A stretch of 32,889 nucleotides of DNA from Balneolia bacterium (GTDB lineage: Bacteria > Bacteroidota > Rhodothermia > Balneolales > Cyclonatronaceae). Positions 10,519 to 19,883 of this stretch are shown piece by piece. The stretch's first letter is position 1. Each line of letters opens with the position of its first letter. The stretch is taken from assembly GCA_003566395.1 (NCBI GenBank), contig PXDL01000065.1, forward strand, positions 1-32,889. The letters are read 5' to 3'. A model generated the notes under the pieces. That model did no database searches and had not been told where the DNA came from. It worked only from the letters and a program-made list of their open reading frames with translations. The position numbers and the translations under genes were made by a program.

Positions 10519-11886
10519 ATGGGAAAAGAAAAACTGAACTCACGATTTAGCTTTGACGAACAGAGTCAGGACAACGCCAAGCTGAAAGTTATCGGCGTTG
10601 GAGGTGGCGGAGGTAATGCAATTAATAATATGATTGCGAAGGGCCTCAACAATGTGGAATATATTGCCCTGAACACCGATTCACAGGCACTCAAGCACAA
10701 TCAGGCCGATATTCTGGTTCAGGTCGGAAAAGGCCTTACCAGCGGACTCGGAGCCGGTGCAAGGCCTGAAGTCGGGCGTGAAGCGGTGGAAGAAAACCGG
10801 CACGAAATCGAAGAGGCGATAGAAGGCGCCGACATGGTTTTCGTGACAGCCGGTATGGGCGGTGGAACCGGAACGGGAGGCGCGCCGGTTGTAGCCGGAA
10901 TCGCCAAACGGAAAGGCATTCTGACCGTCGGGGTGGTAACTACCCCCTTTGTATGTGAGGGTAAACCACGCATGAAGTTCGCCCTTGACGGTATCCGTGA
11001 GCTCAAAAAGAGCTGCGATACGGTTATTGTGATTCCAAACGAACGGCTGCTGAACCTAAGCGATGAAAACACCACGCTTATGGAAGCCTTCGAGCTGGCT
11101 AACGAGGTGCTTTACAACGCAACCCGCGGAATTTCGGATCTTATTCTGATGCCGGGTCTGATCAACCTTGACTTTGCCGACGTGCGCACCACTATGATAG
11201 ACGGAGGTGCGGCAATTATGGGATCGGCAACGGCCAACGGTCCGGACCGTGCGGAAAAAGCCGCCCGTGAAGCCATCAACTCACCGCTCCTCGACGGAGT
11301 AAGTATTGCCGGTGCACGCAATGTTCTGGTGAATATTTCAGCGGGCACAACCCTTGGAATGCGGGAAACAAGTCAGGCCACGCAGATCATACAGCAAGAG
11401 GCCGGTGATGATGCGGAAATCATCATGGGTACGGTGCTGGATCAATCCTACGACGACGGGCTTCGCGTAACCGTGATTGCCACGGGTTTCGACCTGGATG
11501 AGGATATGAAAAAGGCGAAAGTGAATACCGGCAAAAATAAGCCGGCAATCACCGGTAGTCAGCTTGGCCGGTCTTCCGGAATGGGCACGGATGAAGAATC
11601 AGAATTGAACGGATCCAAATTGCCGAAAAGCAATCAGATTCGGCGCAAGTTTAACCCGAATGCGATCTCCGGTAAGGATAGATTCTGGAAAGGAGAACGT
11701 AACCTTAAAAACCTGGATGCACCTGCTTTCGGCCGGCGCGAGGCTGAAATGAAAAAATTAAAGGAGGAAAAGGAAGATGCGGCTGAATCTTTCCGCAAGA
11801 AACCTTCCGGCGACGGCGAGTACAAGGAGCGCATCGACAAGCGCGACAATGAGCAGCCGGCGTTTCTGAGAAAAATAATGGATTAA
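10519..11886 (+). CDS. ftsZ: Cell division protein FtsZ
   Basis: Motifs [18 protein letters not shown] (tubulin signature), INLDFADV and C-terminal PAFLRK. Confidence 0.99.
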   Translation: MGKEKLNSRFSFDEQSQDNAKLKVIGVGGGGGNAINNMIAKGLNNVEYIALNTDSQALKHNQADILVQVGKGLTSGLGAGARPEVGREAVEENRHEIEEAIEGADMVFVTAGMGGGTGTGGAPVVAGIAKRKGILTVGVVTTPFVCEGKPRMKFALDGIRELKKSCDTVIVIPNERLLNLSDENTTLMEAFELANEVLYNATRGISDLILMPGLINLDFADVRTTMIDGGAAIMGSATANGPDRAEKAAREAINSPLLDGVSIAGARNVLVNISAGTTLGMRETSQATQIIQQEAGDDAEIIMGTVLDQSYDDGLRVTVIATGFDLDEDMKKAKVNTGKNKPAITGSQLGRSSGMGTDEESELNGSKLPKSNQIRRKFNPNAISGKDRFWKGERNLKNLDAPAFGRREAEMKKLKEEKEDAAESFRKKPSGDGEYKERIDKRDNEQPAFLRKIMD

Positions 11887-12016
11887 CCTCCCGTAGGCAC
11901 ATTACGGATTCGGGCTATGAGCGGCTATACAGCCGTTCCCGGGCTTGTTCTGTGTTTATTTTAACACGTTTTCTTGTCGTTAAACTTGTAGAAAACTATC
12001 CGTCAATTGATGTTTT

Positions 12017-12053
12017 TGGGGACTGTCCTGTCGGGATGGTCCCCATTTTTTTT
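12017..12053 (+). terminator. Rho-independent terminator of the dcw operon
   Basis: Hairpin TGGGGACTGTCCT-GTC-GGGATGGTCCCCA (with G-U pairs) followed by T8. Confidence 0.85.
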
Positions 12054-12057
12054 AACA

Positions 12058-12726
12058 TCAGTCCTGAGGCTCGGGACCCGTAAGCCAAAGCAGCTCAGCC
12101 CAATACACCATTAACACACCGGCCCAGATTCCGGCAATCAGGTCGGCAGGGTGATGATCGAGGGTTAGCAAGCGGCTGAGGCCGGTAAGGAGCACAACAG
12201 CTATACATGCGATAATGATGAATATCCTTCGATTCTGAAGCGCAATAGCCGTTGCAGTTGCCGCCACGCTTGTAATATGAGCGGAAGGCAAAGAGTGAAA
12301 CAAACGCTCGGTTTGATAACCGAAAAATCCGGATATACCTTCCTGCAACAGCAGCTCCGGTCGCGCGCGGCCAAGGCTTACCTTTAGCAGCAGGGTAAGA
12401 AACAGGGCTATAAGAATTCCCGCCGAATGCAGTACGGTTCGCTCATGAAGCAGGTTTTCGAGCGATTTTCCGGTATTATACGTATGGAAAATATACCAGC
12501 CCGGAAGCAGTATTACACCCACACCTATGGTCCAGGGGTTAAGGTAGAGCACAAGCAGTTCTGCGGCCTGATGCAGACGTCCCGGTTCAAGCCCGGCCAG
12601 GTACAGCAGCACAGGCTCGTCAAGGAAACGCACTGAAATCACAATCAGCACGAGGGCCGAAAATGTGCCCATTATGGAATTGCGAAGCCCGGCAAGAGCG
12701 GGGTGTGGAGGGATGGAAGTCGGCAT
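12058..12726 (-). CDS. PAP2-family membrane phosphatase
   Basis: PAP2 motifs KVSLGRARP (C1), PSAH (C2) and SRLLTLDHHPAD (C3); several TM segments. Start ATG 12726 or GTG 12729. Confidence 0.88.
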   Translation of the reverse strand: MPTSIPPHPALAGLRNSIMGTFSALVLIVISVRFLDEPVLLYLAGLEPGRLHQAAELLVLYLNPWTIGVGVILLPGWYIFHTYNTGKSLENLLHERTVLHSAGILIALFLTLLLKVSLGRARPELLLQEGISGFFGYQTERLFHSLPSAHITSVAATATAIALQNRRIFIIIACIAVVLLTGLSRLLTLDHHPADLIAGIWAGVLMVYWAELLWLTGPEPQD

Positions 12727-12744
12727 CACGCAGATATAAACAAG

Positions 12745-12773
12745 GAAGCCCTATCCGGAGGGGATAAGGCTTC
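12745..12773 (-). terminator. Probable terminator of the etf/fix operon
   Basis: Imperfect hairpin GAAGCC-C-TATCC..GGATA-A-GGCTTC just downstream of fixX, followed by CTTGTTTAT on the minus strand. Confidence 0.5.
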
Positions 12774-12799
12774 AAATATTTTGAGGGAAGCGGACGGCA

Positions 12800-13102
12800 T
12801 CACCCGAAATTCCATTTTACGCCGCGCCCGATTTCGGGATCGGGGAATTCCCAGGTAACGGCACCTTTATCGCAGGCGTACATACAGGTGCCGCACTCTA
12901 TGCAGTCCTCAAACTGAAAATGAACTTTTCCGACATCATCAATGGTATAACAATTTGCCGGACATACTCTTGTGGTGGCTTTGTGATCGCATCCGGTATT
13001 GCAAATATCGGTATCTACAAGGATGTGTGGCTTGGCTTCGGTCTTGGACTGGTTCAGGTAATTAACCATGCCCAGACGTTCAGCGATACTCAGTTTTTTC
13101 AT
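12800..13102 (-). CDS. fixX: FixX-like ferredoxin
   Basis: PHI..C..C..CPA..Y, CIECGTC..C, and W.FP..G.GV...FG tail typical of FixX. ATGA overlap with fixC. Confidence 0.9.
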   Translation of the reverse strand: MKKLSIAERLGMVNYLNQSKTEAKPHILVDTDICNTGCDHKATTRVCPANCYTIDDVGKVHFQFEDCIECGTCMYACDKGAVTWEFPDPEIGRGVKWNFG

Positions 13103-14424
13103 AATGATCGTGCTCCTTTGATTCCTAATTTCAATAATTGCCAGTAACTGGAATGCTTTTTGACCGATTTGGAAAGCATGTGACGCGTTTTGGGCGTCGG
13201 TTCGTTTTTAATCGAGAAAAACTGCTTTCCGAAATCACACACCAGCCCGGGTACGGATTCAAACATTTGCTTGCTGTGAAGAAACTCAACCGCGCCCTGA
13301 AAATTTTTCATGTCCTGGAGAACGAAACTTTTTTCAAGTTTATCGCGGTAGGTCTTCATAGTATTTTTGGTGAAGTCGCCCGATTTGTGTGCTTCGACGA
13401 TGGTTTCAGCGGCAAGCACGCCTGAATGCAGGGCATAATCCATACCCTGAATGGCTTTCCCGGAGTTCATCAACAGATTGGCTGCTTCACCCGCTACAAG
13501 AACGCCGTTGCCGTAGATTTCTTTCGGCATCACTTTCATATCACCTGTGGAAACGGCATGGGCGGAATATTCAACTACTTCGCCTCCTTTCAGGGTATCG
13601 CGGATTACCGGATGCGCCTTGAATTCATTCAGAATATCGTAAGGCTTAAGGCCGGAGTCGCGAAGACTAATCATGCCGAGTACAAGTCCGAACGAAACGG
13701 AATCTTTATTGGTGTACAGAAATCCGCCGCCTTCCACGCCCTGAGTGGCCGTTCCGATAAATTCATTGCTCATCCCGCTAAGTCCGTTTAGCTGAAAACG
13801 GTCTTCAAGCACGGTTTGATCGTATTTGATAATCTCCTTAAGGCCTACGGCCAGGGCATCGGCGGGGACGTAATCGTCCTGAAGTCCGACTTGCCGCGTC
13901 AGAAGGTTGTTGACTCCTTCGGCGATAATTACGGAATCGGCAAAAAACTTTTCTTCACCTGCGCGAATCCCCACGGCCTGATCGCCGTCCATCAGCACTT
14001 CTTCGACGAGAATATTAGGAGCCAGAAAGGATTCATCCGGGTATTTGCTTGCTCCAATCGCCTCCTCTACTTTTTCAGAAAGCCAGTTGTCGAATTTGGC
14101 CCGAAGTACAATTACGCCTTTGTAAGGCTTTTCACCGAAACTGTCGGATTTGAAATCGATAGAAAAGGTGGAGTCGCTGTCCATGAAGGTGAGCCGGCGA
14201 TGATTGATGAACCGTTCGAAACCGGCGTCCTCTTCTTCCCAGTAGTTCGGCACAAGTTTGGAAAGCCCTTCACCCCAGAGAACACCACCGGAAACGTTTT
14301 TGGATCCGCTGAACTCGCCCCGTTCAATAAGAAGGAATTTCATGTCGTTGCGGGCCAGCGTAATAGCGGCGCTTAGGCCGGCCACCCCGCCGCCCACGAT
14401 AATACAGTCAAATTTATCTTCCAT
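13099..14424 (-). CDS. fixC: FixC-like FAD-dependent ETF:quinone oxidoreductase
   Basis: Motifs GGGVAG (FAD binding), IERG..SGSKNVSGG, AEGVN, GGGFLYTNKDSVS and EYSAH. Confidence 0.92.
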   Translation of the reverse strand: MEDKFDCIIVGGGVAGLSAAITLARNDMKFLLIERGEFSGSKNVSGGVLWGEGLSKLVPNYWEEEDAGFERFINHRRLTFMDSDSTFSIDFKSDSFGEKPYKGVIVLRAKFDNWLSEKVEEAIGASKYPDESFLAPNILVEEVLMDGDQAVGIRAGEEKFFADSVIIAEGVNNLLTRQVGLQDDYVPADALAVGLKEIIKYDQTVLEDRFQLNGLSGMSNEFIGTATQGVEGGGFLYTNKDSVSFGLVLGMISLRDSGLKPYDILNEFKAHPVIRDTLKGGEVVEYSAHAVSTGDMKVMPKEIYGNGVLVAGEAANLLMNSGKAIQGMDYALHSGVLAAETIVEAHKSGDFTKNTMKTYRDKLEKSFVLQDMKNFQGAVEFLHSKQMFESVPGLVCDFGKQFFSIKNEPTPKTRHMLSKSVKKHSSYWQLLKLGIKGARSL

Positions 14425-14429
14425 AATGG

Positions 14430-15407
14430 TCAGGCGCCTTTAATTTTACGCAGCTCTTCGGTAAGCGGAGGCAGTATTTTGAAGAGATCGCCTACAAGTC
14501 CATAGGTTGCGTACTGGAAAATGGGGGCATCCGGATCTTTGTTAATAGCTACAATAACTTTGGAATTGGCCATTCCTGCCACATGCTGAATGGCTCCGGA
14601 AATACCGATAGCGAAGTAGAGTTGTGGAGAAACCACCTTCCCGGTTTGGCCGATCTGAAGCGTGGCCGGAAACAGCCCGGATTCGGTGACCGCCCGTGAA
14701 GCCCCGATGGCGGCCCCGAGGGTTTCGGCCAGTTCTTCCACCAGTTTTCGGCCGTTTTCGTCTTTTATACCCCGGCCGGCGGCAACCACCACTTCGGCTT
14801 CCGATAAATCAACTTTATCGCCTGCGCTTGAGAGTACTTCTTTTAAGACGGCCCGGAGTCCGCTTTCATCAAAATCAAAATCTACGGCTACGGTTTCAGC
14901 GTTCCCGGGATTTTCAGCAAGATCGTAAGAGCCGGAACGAACCGAGACCAGAACAAGCTCGCTGCTGCTGGATGTTTTGCTGAGTACTTTGGCAGCCATA
15001 ACCGGACGCTCGGCATCAACAGAACCATTATTAATGGTGAAACCGGCAACATCAGGAATAGCAGCCGCGTCGTGGCGCGCAGCAAGTGCTCCGATCACCT
15101 CTTTAGCAGATTCGGTTGAAGCAAACGCACAAAGCCTCGGCCCGGATTGATCAATAACTTTACTCAATGCCTCAATAACGGCTGCATTAAGGTGATTTTT
15201 AAATATCGGATGCTTTACCTGATAGACTTTATCCGGTCCGTAAGTATTGAGCTGATCGGTGTACTTAGCAGGATCGGGATCGAGCACTACGGCTTCAAGA
15301 GTCATGCTGTTTTTGTCGGCCAGAGTTTTGCAATAACTCATCACTTCAAGAGAAGAGCGTTTAATTTTGCCCTCTGAAGTTGCAATATGAACTAATATTT
15401 TTGACAT
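14430..15407 (-). CDS. etfA: Electron transfer flavoprotein alpha subunit (EtfA/FixB)
   Basis: Motifs GASRAV, QIGQTGKVVSP, GISGAIQHVAGM and AINKDPDAPIF. Confidence 0.95.
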   Translation of the reverse strand: MSKILVHIATSEGKIKRSSLEVMSYCKTLADKNSMTLEAVVLDPDPAKYTDQLNTYGPDKVYQVKHPIFKNHLNAAVIEALSKVIDQSGPRLCAFASTESAKEVIGALAARHDAAAIPDVAGFTINNGSVDAERPVMAAKVLSKTSSSSELVLVSVRSGSYDLAENPGNAETVAVDFDFDESGLRAVLKEVLSSAGDKVDLSEAEVVVAAGRGIKDENGRKLVEELAETLGAAIGASRAVTESGLFPATLQIGQTGKVVSPQLYFAIGISGAIQHVAGMANSKVIVAINKDPDAPIFQYATYGLVGDLFKILPPLTEELRKIKGA

Positions 15408-15460
15408 AGGTCTTTAATAATCTGTGATGTGCAGTAAATATGGATGGGAAAGAATCTTGA

Positions 15461-16246
15461 TTAAAGCACTTTGGCTTCGTTTTCGAGCAGGCCTACCAGC
15501 TCGGTGACCAGCTCTTCGGGATCGCCTTCAAGCTTTTTGCCGGGTTCGCGGCCGGGAACTTCTTTATAACCCTGTCCTTTGGTTTTGGATGTTTTACTGC
15601 TGAGAGTATCAGGGTCCAGACCGAGATCGCCGAGCTGAAGAGTTTCTACTTTTTTACGCTTGCTCTGCATAATCCCTTTCAGGCTTGGGATGCGCGGCTC
15701 GTTCATGTCGTTGGAACAGGTTACCAGACAGGGCGAGGTAAGTTCGATCATTTCCTGTCCGCTGTCACCCTGACGCGTAACCGTCAGTTTTCCACCCTCG
15801 TTGTCGTAGGTAAGCCCTACGGCGTTGGCGGCATAGGGCAGCTCAAGTTTCCAGGCAAGCATTCCGCCGGTAAGGCCGGCGTCGGTATCCTGACTTTGCT
15901 TTCCTGTAAGGATGATATCATAATCGGATTTTTTATGCCATGCAGCCAGAATTTCGGCATAGGCACCGGAATCAAGCCCTGAGACGTCATCAACCACAAT
16001 ATGGACTCCGGACGCCGCCCCCATGGCCAGAGCTTTACGAATGGTTTCTTTGGCTTTTTCAGGACCAACCAATACAACCTGAACTTCTCCGCCGTGTTTA
16101 TCGATGAGAACGAGCGCTTCTTCAACCGCAGAGGCTGAATAGGCATCCAGCACCATACGGTCTGAATCCTGAGTGAGGGTTCCGTCTTTAATACTAATAG
16201 GAGCTGAAACATCAGGAACCTGTTTAATACATACACTAAATTTCAT
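15461..16246 (-). CDS. etfB: Electron transfer flavoprotein beta subunit (EtfB/FixA)
   Basis: Motifs CIKQVPD, AVEEAL, RKALAMGA, GKQSQD and NEPRIPSL. Confidence 0.95.
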   Translation of the reverse strand: MKFSVCIKQVPDVSAPISIKDGTLTQDSDRMVLDAYSASAVEEALVLIDKHGGEVQVVLVGPEKAKETIRKALAMGAASGVHIVVDDVSGLDSGAYAEILAAWHKKSDYDIILTGKQSQDTDAGLTGGMLAWKLELPYAANAVGLTYDNEGGKLTVTRQGDSGQEMIELTSPCLVTCSNDMNEPRIPSLKGIMQSKRKKVETLQLGDLGLDPDTLSSKTSKTKGQGYKEVPGREPGKKLEGDPEELVTELVGLLENEAKVL

Positions 16247-16306
16247 AATAGAAAGAGTCGTTTATAATAGTTTTCGAAGTGTGGAACCGCTTTTTTGAAC
16301 AATTTT

Positions 16307-16314
16307 CAAATATA
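16307..16314 (-). promoter_or_regulatory. FCB-type -7 promoter element (TATATTTG) upstream of etfB
   Basis: Matches the Bacteroidota TAnnTTTG consensus, 60 nt upstream of the etfB ATG. Confidence 0.65.
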
Positions 16315-16467
16315 ACAAAAAGAGAACAGACTTATGTGTTCCCGGCCACGTGGAAGTTATCTGTTTGATGTCCCTTTCTCAAGCAGAACGAGTCGTTAAT
16401 CCGTTCCGTTTATGGTTTTTTCCGAGTTTTGTGGAGCCTTGTGAACCATGACTAACTGAATAAGTTC

Positions 16468-17001
16468 TCAGGCGGCATCCCGGATTTCAGTCCAGCTAAC
16501 GGCCATATTGCTGCCGTGCACAAGCTTGTGCTTCCATCCGTTTACGCTTTTATTTCTGTAACCGGACGGTGCATTTGTGTTGATGTAGTTTTCGTATGAA
16601 ATAATTTCTGAAATCAGCATGTTGAACTCCCCGCCGTATAGGGGCAAATCGGCCGGGGCGATCGGGATTGAAATTTTTTTCAAGTCACATGCTTCAACAA
16701 TGTGATCCGGATTGGTATCAGCCGAAAGGGAGCATGGCTGGTTTTGGTAGCGCATCAGACTGATGGCCGTCCGGGTTTGGCTGCCAACCAAAATCGCTCC
16801 GAACGCCCAGAGGTGAAGCGAATAAGCAGGGCGATGCAGGCTGTATCTGCTGCTTCCGCGCCCGGATTTCTGTTTGGGAAAATGTGCAAAGCCGTACGCC
16901 TTCAGATAGTTACAGTCCTGATTCCGAATATCGGCGCCCCAACACCAGCATTGCTGATGAAACAGTTTTGAAAGGGTCTTGCGGGATTTCTTATTAAACA
17001 T
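16468..17001 (-). CDS. Hypothetical protein (QQCWCWGxD motif)
   Basis: 177-aa ORF with ATG start and a promoter box directly upstream. No recognised functional domain. Confidence 0.7.
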   Translation of the reverse strand: MFNKKSRKTLSKLFHQQCWCWGADIRNQDCNYLKAYGFAHFPKQKSGRGSSRYSLHRPAYSLHLWAFGAILVGSQTRTAISLMRYQNQPCSLSADTNPDHIVEACDLKKISIPIAPADLPLYGGEFNMLISEIISYENYINTNAPSGYRNKSVNGWKHKLVHGSNMAVSWTEIRDAA

Positions 17002-17005
17002 GCGT

Positions 17006-17013
17006 CAAATATA
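17006..17013 (-). promoter_or_regulatory. TATATTTG -7 element 4 nt upstream of ATG 17001
   Basis: Minus strand reads TATATTTG-ACGC-ATG. Confidence 0.6.
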
Positions 17014-17162
17014 TGAAACTAAGTTGCATTAAAAAACCATGATGAATACACCTATTAAGACATCGTTCTTGAGGAATTAAACTTCCGGAGTGGCTATTTC
17101 AGCACAGCATATGCCGGGACCGAATTTGCCAAAAAGCACAATTAGCACCGAGACTTATATTT

Positions 17163-17329
17163 CGTACCTACGGCACGCTTGACTTGCCTGCGCGTATATT
17201 TCTACCCATATGCAGTTCCTGACTGGACAATTTGAACCTGAATATATACCGGGATTTAATAATGATAAGGAACCTCGCTCCCGCAAGGTGAAGAATCCGA
17301 GTTCTTCGGGGTCCAAATATGGGCAGAGT
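17163..17329. repeat. REP/MITE-like intergenic element, copy 1
   Basis: 17165-17231 matches 22363-22429 at 54/67 positions ungapped. Both copies end in AAATATGGGCAGAGT. Internal inverted repeat TTTCTACCCATAT..ATATGGGCAGAG. Confidence 0.8.
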
Positions 17330-17346
17330 TAAAAGTGGTCTTACTT

Positions 17347-18060
17347 TTACTGGCTCAGTTGATTAACAAAAGTATCCGGTAGCTTTTTAGAGCAGATGCG
17401 CATCAGACCGGAAGGCAGGTCTGCTTTGCGGGTCTTCAGGTAGCGAAAAACAGCCTTGGGCCATTTCTTTGATGTTTCTTTTACGAGCCATGCCGCCGCT
17501 TTGCGAACCAGTTCTTCATCATCATAAAGCAGTTGATCGGAAAGGGAGAACACGGTCAGTAGCCGGTTTTTCTCTTTGGCGGGCTTTATCATACTTACAG
17601 CTGACGCGCGTCTGACCCACATATTATCCGATTTCATCCATTTGATGCAGTAACCGGTGGCGGAAGGATAGCAGCAGAAAAACTGACCCGTTAGAGAGCT
17701 GCAAAAATCGTCGCAGTCCGGCCAGTCGTTAATGTAGGTGAAAAGCCAGTCTTCAAAAGTTGCAATCACCCCGGGTGTCCAGGTTTTCCGATGCTTCTTC
17801 ATCCATTGAAAACAGAGAATTTTGAATTCATACTGATGCTTTTCAAGTAGGTAATAGCATATCTCGAGTTGCTCTTCAGGGGTGAGTTCATCAAATGCGG
17901 GCTGCCAGGTTTTGGCTGTTTCGCGTATATCCGGGGTTTTGACGCCCCAATACTCGGATACATCCACGTTGAAATGTCCGGCTACGGATTCGCGATGCGC
18001 ATTGTCGGCTTTATCACGCAGCTCATCTACACAATCCGTCACCCAATGTAAGTAAGCCAT
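17347..18060 (-). CDS. DNA alkylation repair protein (AlkD-like HEAT-repeat family)
   Basis: Motifs WGVKTPDIRE, INDW..CD, W..SDNMWVRRAS and D.EELVRKAAAWLVKE. Confidence 0.85.
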   Translation of the reverse strand: MAYLHWVTDCVDELRDKADNAHRESVAGHFNVDVSEYWGVKTPDIRETAKTWQPAFDELTPEEQLEICYYLLEKHQYEFKILCFQWMKKHRKTWTPGVIATFEDWLFTYINDWPDCDDFCSSLTGQFFCCYPSATGYCIKWMKSDNMWVRRASAVSMIKPAKEKNRLLTVFSLSDQLLYDDEELVRKAAAWLVKETSKKWPKAVFRYLKTRKADLPSGLMRICSKKLPDTFVNQLSQ

Positions 18061-18419
18061 GAGGAAGAAATATTTTTTGGATGATAACTATTGATTGAAT
18101 ACTGAATTTCCGGTCGGCTTTCACCTTAAATGTACCCTTATCGAATCAAATAATACCTGGTACGTCCGGTAGTATGTATAAAGATTTCGTTAAAACCGTT
18201 CTCTTGGTCGGTGTCTGCTCAGCATGAAAAAAAACGACCTGTCGGGTGTATCGGAACCTGTATGTAACACATCTTTCCCCAACAATATAGGGGAGGTAAA
18301 CTTAATTAAACAATAGCCAAGTCATTGTGCTGCAATTTATGAAGGGTGATAGGATATGCATCACCCTTCATAGAAAATCCGGCTTGTGTAAAACCGCCCT
18401 AAAGGAGAAGACGGTCGGT

Positions 18420-19688
18420 CTATTTGTTCTCGCCTGCCATCTCTTTTTTCGGCGGGGCCGAACCGTTGGAAGCAGGCGGCATGTCGTTTCCACGCGGGGT
18501 GAATGACTGTATGCCGGTAATTTCGCGCCCGAGAATCAGTCCGTGGATGTCATAGGTTCCTTCGTAGGTGTTCACCGACTCTAAATTGACCATATGATGA
18601 ATAACGCGGTACTCACCGGTAATTCCGTTGCCGCCGAGCATATCGCGGGCGATTCTGGCAATATCGAGGGCTTTGCCGCAATTATTTCGCTTGGCAAGAG
18701 AAGTCATCGACGGATGGTCTTTGCCGTTGTCTTTCAGGTTGCCGAGCCGCCACGCCAGAAGCTGCATCTGTGTGATGTCGGTGAGCATATTGGCCAGTTT
18801 AGTCTGCACAAGCTGATTGGCTCCGAGCGGATAGCCGAACTGTTTGCGCTCCATCACATACCGGCGCGCTCTGTGGTAGCAGTTCTCGGCAGCTCCGAGC
18901 GCTCCCCATACAATGCCGTAGCGTGCGCTGTTCAGGCAGGTGAACGGACCTTTGAGGCCGCGTACTTCAGGAAAGGCGTTTTCATCAGGTACAAACACAT
19001 CTTCAAAAATAAGCTCTCCCGTATGCGATGCCCGCAACGACATTTTGTTATGTGTTACCGGAGCAGAGAAGCCGTCGTAGTCTTTTTCGACGATAAAGCC
19101 CATGATTTTTCCGTTATCGGCTCCGGCGTTTTTGGCTTTTGCCCAAACGATGGCTATATCGGCGATGGGAGAATTTGTAATCCACATTTTAGCACCGTTA
19201 AGCACCCATCCGCCGTTCGTTTTGGTGGCCGTTGTTACCATCGATGCAGGGTCGGAACCGTGATCGGGCTCGGTTAGTCCGAAGCAGCCGATCAGCCCGG
19301 CCGATGCAAGTTTCGGCAGGTACTTCTTTTTTTGTTCCTCGGTTCCGAATACATGGATGGGATGCATCACCAAAGAAGACTGAACCGACAAAAATGAGCG
19401 ATAGGCGGAATCGACGCGTTCAATTTCGCGGGCGATGAGTCCGTAGGCGGTATAGCTGGCACCGATGCCGCCGTAGTTTTCGGGAATCACGGCGCCAAGC
19501 AGGTTCAGTTCGGCCATTTCGCCCGGAATGGCATCATCAAAAATTTCTTCCTGATTGCCCTTGCAGGCACGCGGCTCGAGTTTGGACTGAGCGTAATCGC
19601 GGGCGGTTTCCATAATCATGCGGTCATCTTCGCCCAGCATGTCTTCAAAAGAGAGGGCGTCGTCGGTATTAAAAGTATTTTTTGCCAT
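18420..19688 (-). CDS. gcdH: Glutaryl-CoA dehydrogenase-like acyl-CoA dehydrogenase
   Basis: YGLIAREIERVDS, SVQSSLVM, GCFGLTEPDHGSDP, WITNSP and NLESVNTYEGTYDIH, characteristic of the GCDH subfamily. Confidence 0.88.
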   Translation of the reverse strand: MAKNTFNTDDALSFEDMLGEDDRMIMETARDYAQSKLEPRACKGNQEEIFDDAIPGEMAELNLLGAVIPENYGGIGASYTAYGLIAREIERVDSAYRSFLSVQSSLVMHPIHVFGTEEQKKKYLPKLASAGLIGCFGLTEPDHGSDPASMVTTATKTNGGWVLNGAKMWITNSPIADIAIVWAKAKNAGADNGKIMGFIVEKDYDGFSAPVTHNKMSLRASHTGELIFEDVFVPDENAFPEVRGLKGPFTCLNSARYGIVWGALGAAENCYHRARRYVMERKQFGYPLGANQLVQTKLANMLTDITQMQLLAWRLGNLKDNGKDHPSMTSLAKRNNCGKALDIARIARDMLGGNGITGEYRVIHHMVNLESVNTYEGTYDIHGLILGREITGIQSFTPRGNDMPPASNGSAPPKKEMAGENK

Positions 19689-19833
19689 AATGAGAAGAGG
19701 TTGGAGGAAATATTAGCGGGAATCTGCGGCACGCTTCTTCTGCGTCAATAATTTAAAGTGCCGTACAGAATGTATAAGGTGATGATAGAGCCAAATTACT
19801 AAAAAGGGAATCAAGTCAACAGCCTGATAAAAC

Positions 19834-19865
19834 AAAGGCCGGGTCTGTTGAACGAACCGGCCTTT
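19834..19865 (-). terminator. Terminator hairpin after the acyl-CoA dehydrogenase
   Basis: AAAGGCCGG..CCGGCCTTT inverted repeat with T-rich flanks. Confidence 0.65.
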
Positions 19866-19883
19866 TGCCCATGTGATATGTTT

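Noticed and set aside
11905-11950. Hairpin in the ftsZ 3' UTR as a possible ncRNA
   Set aside because: A short GAGCGGCT/AGCCGTTC stem only, with no recognisable RNA family features.
12800-16246. Nitrogen fixation inferred from fixABCX
   Set aside because: No nif genes are in the window, and Fix-like modules are widespread in non-diazotrophs.
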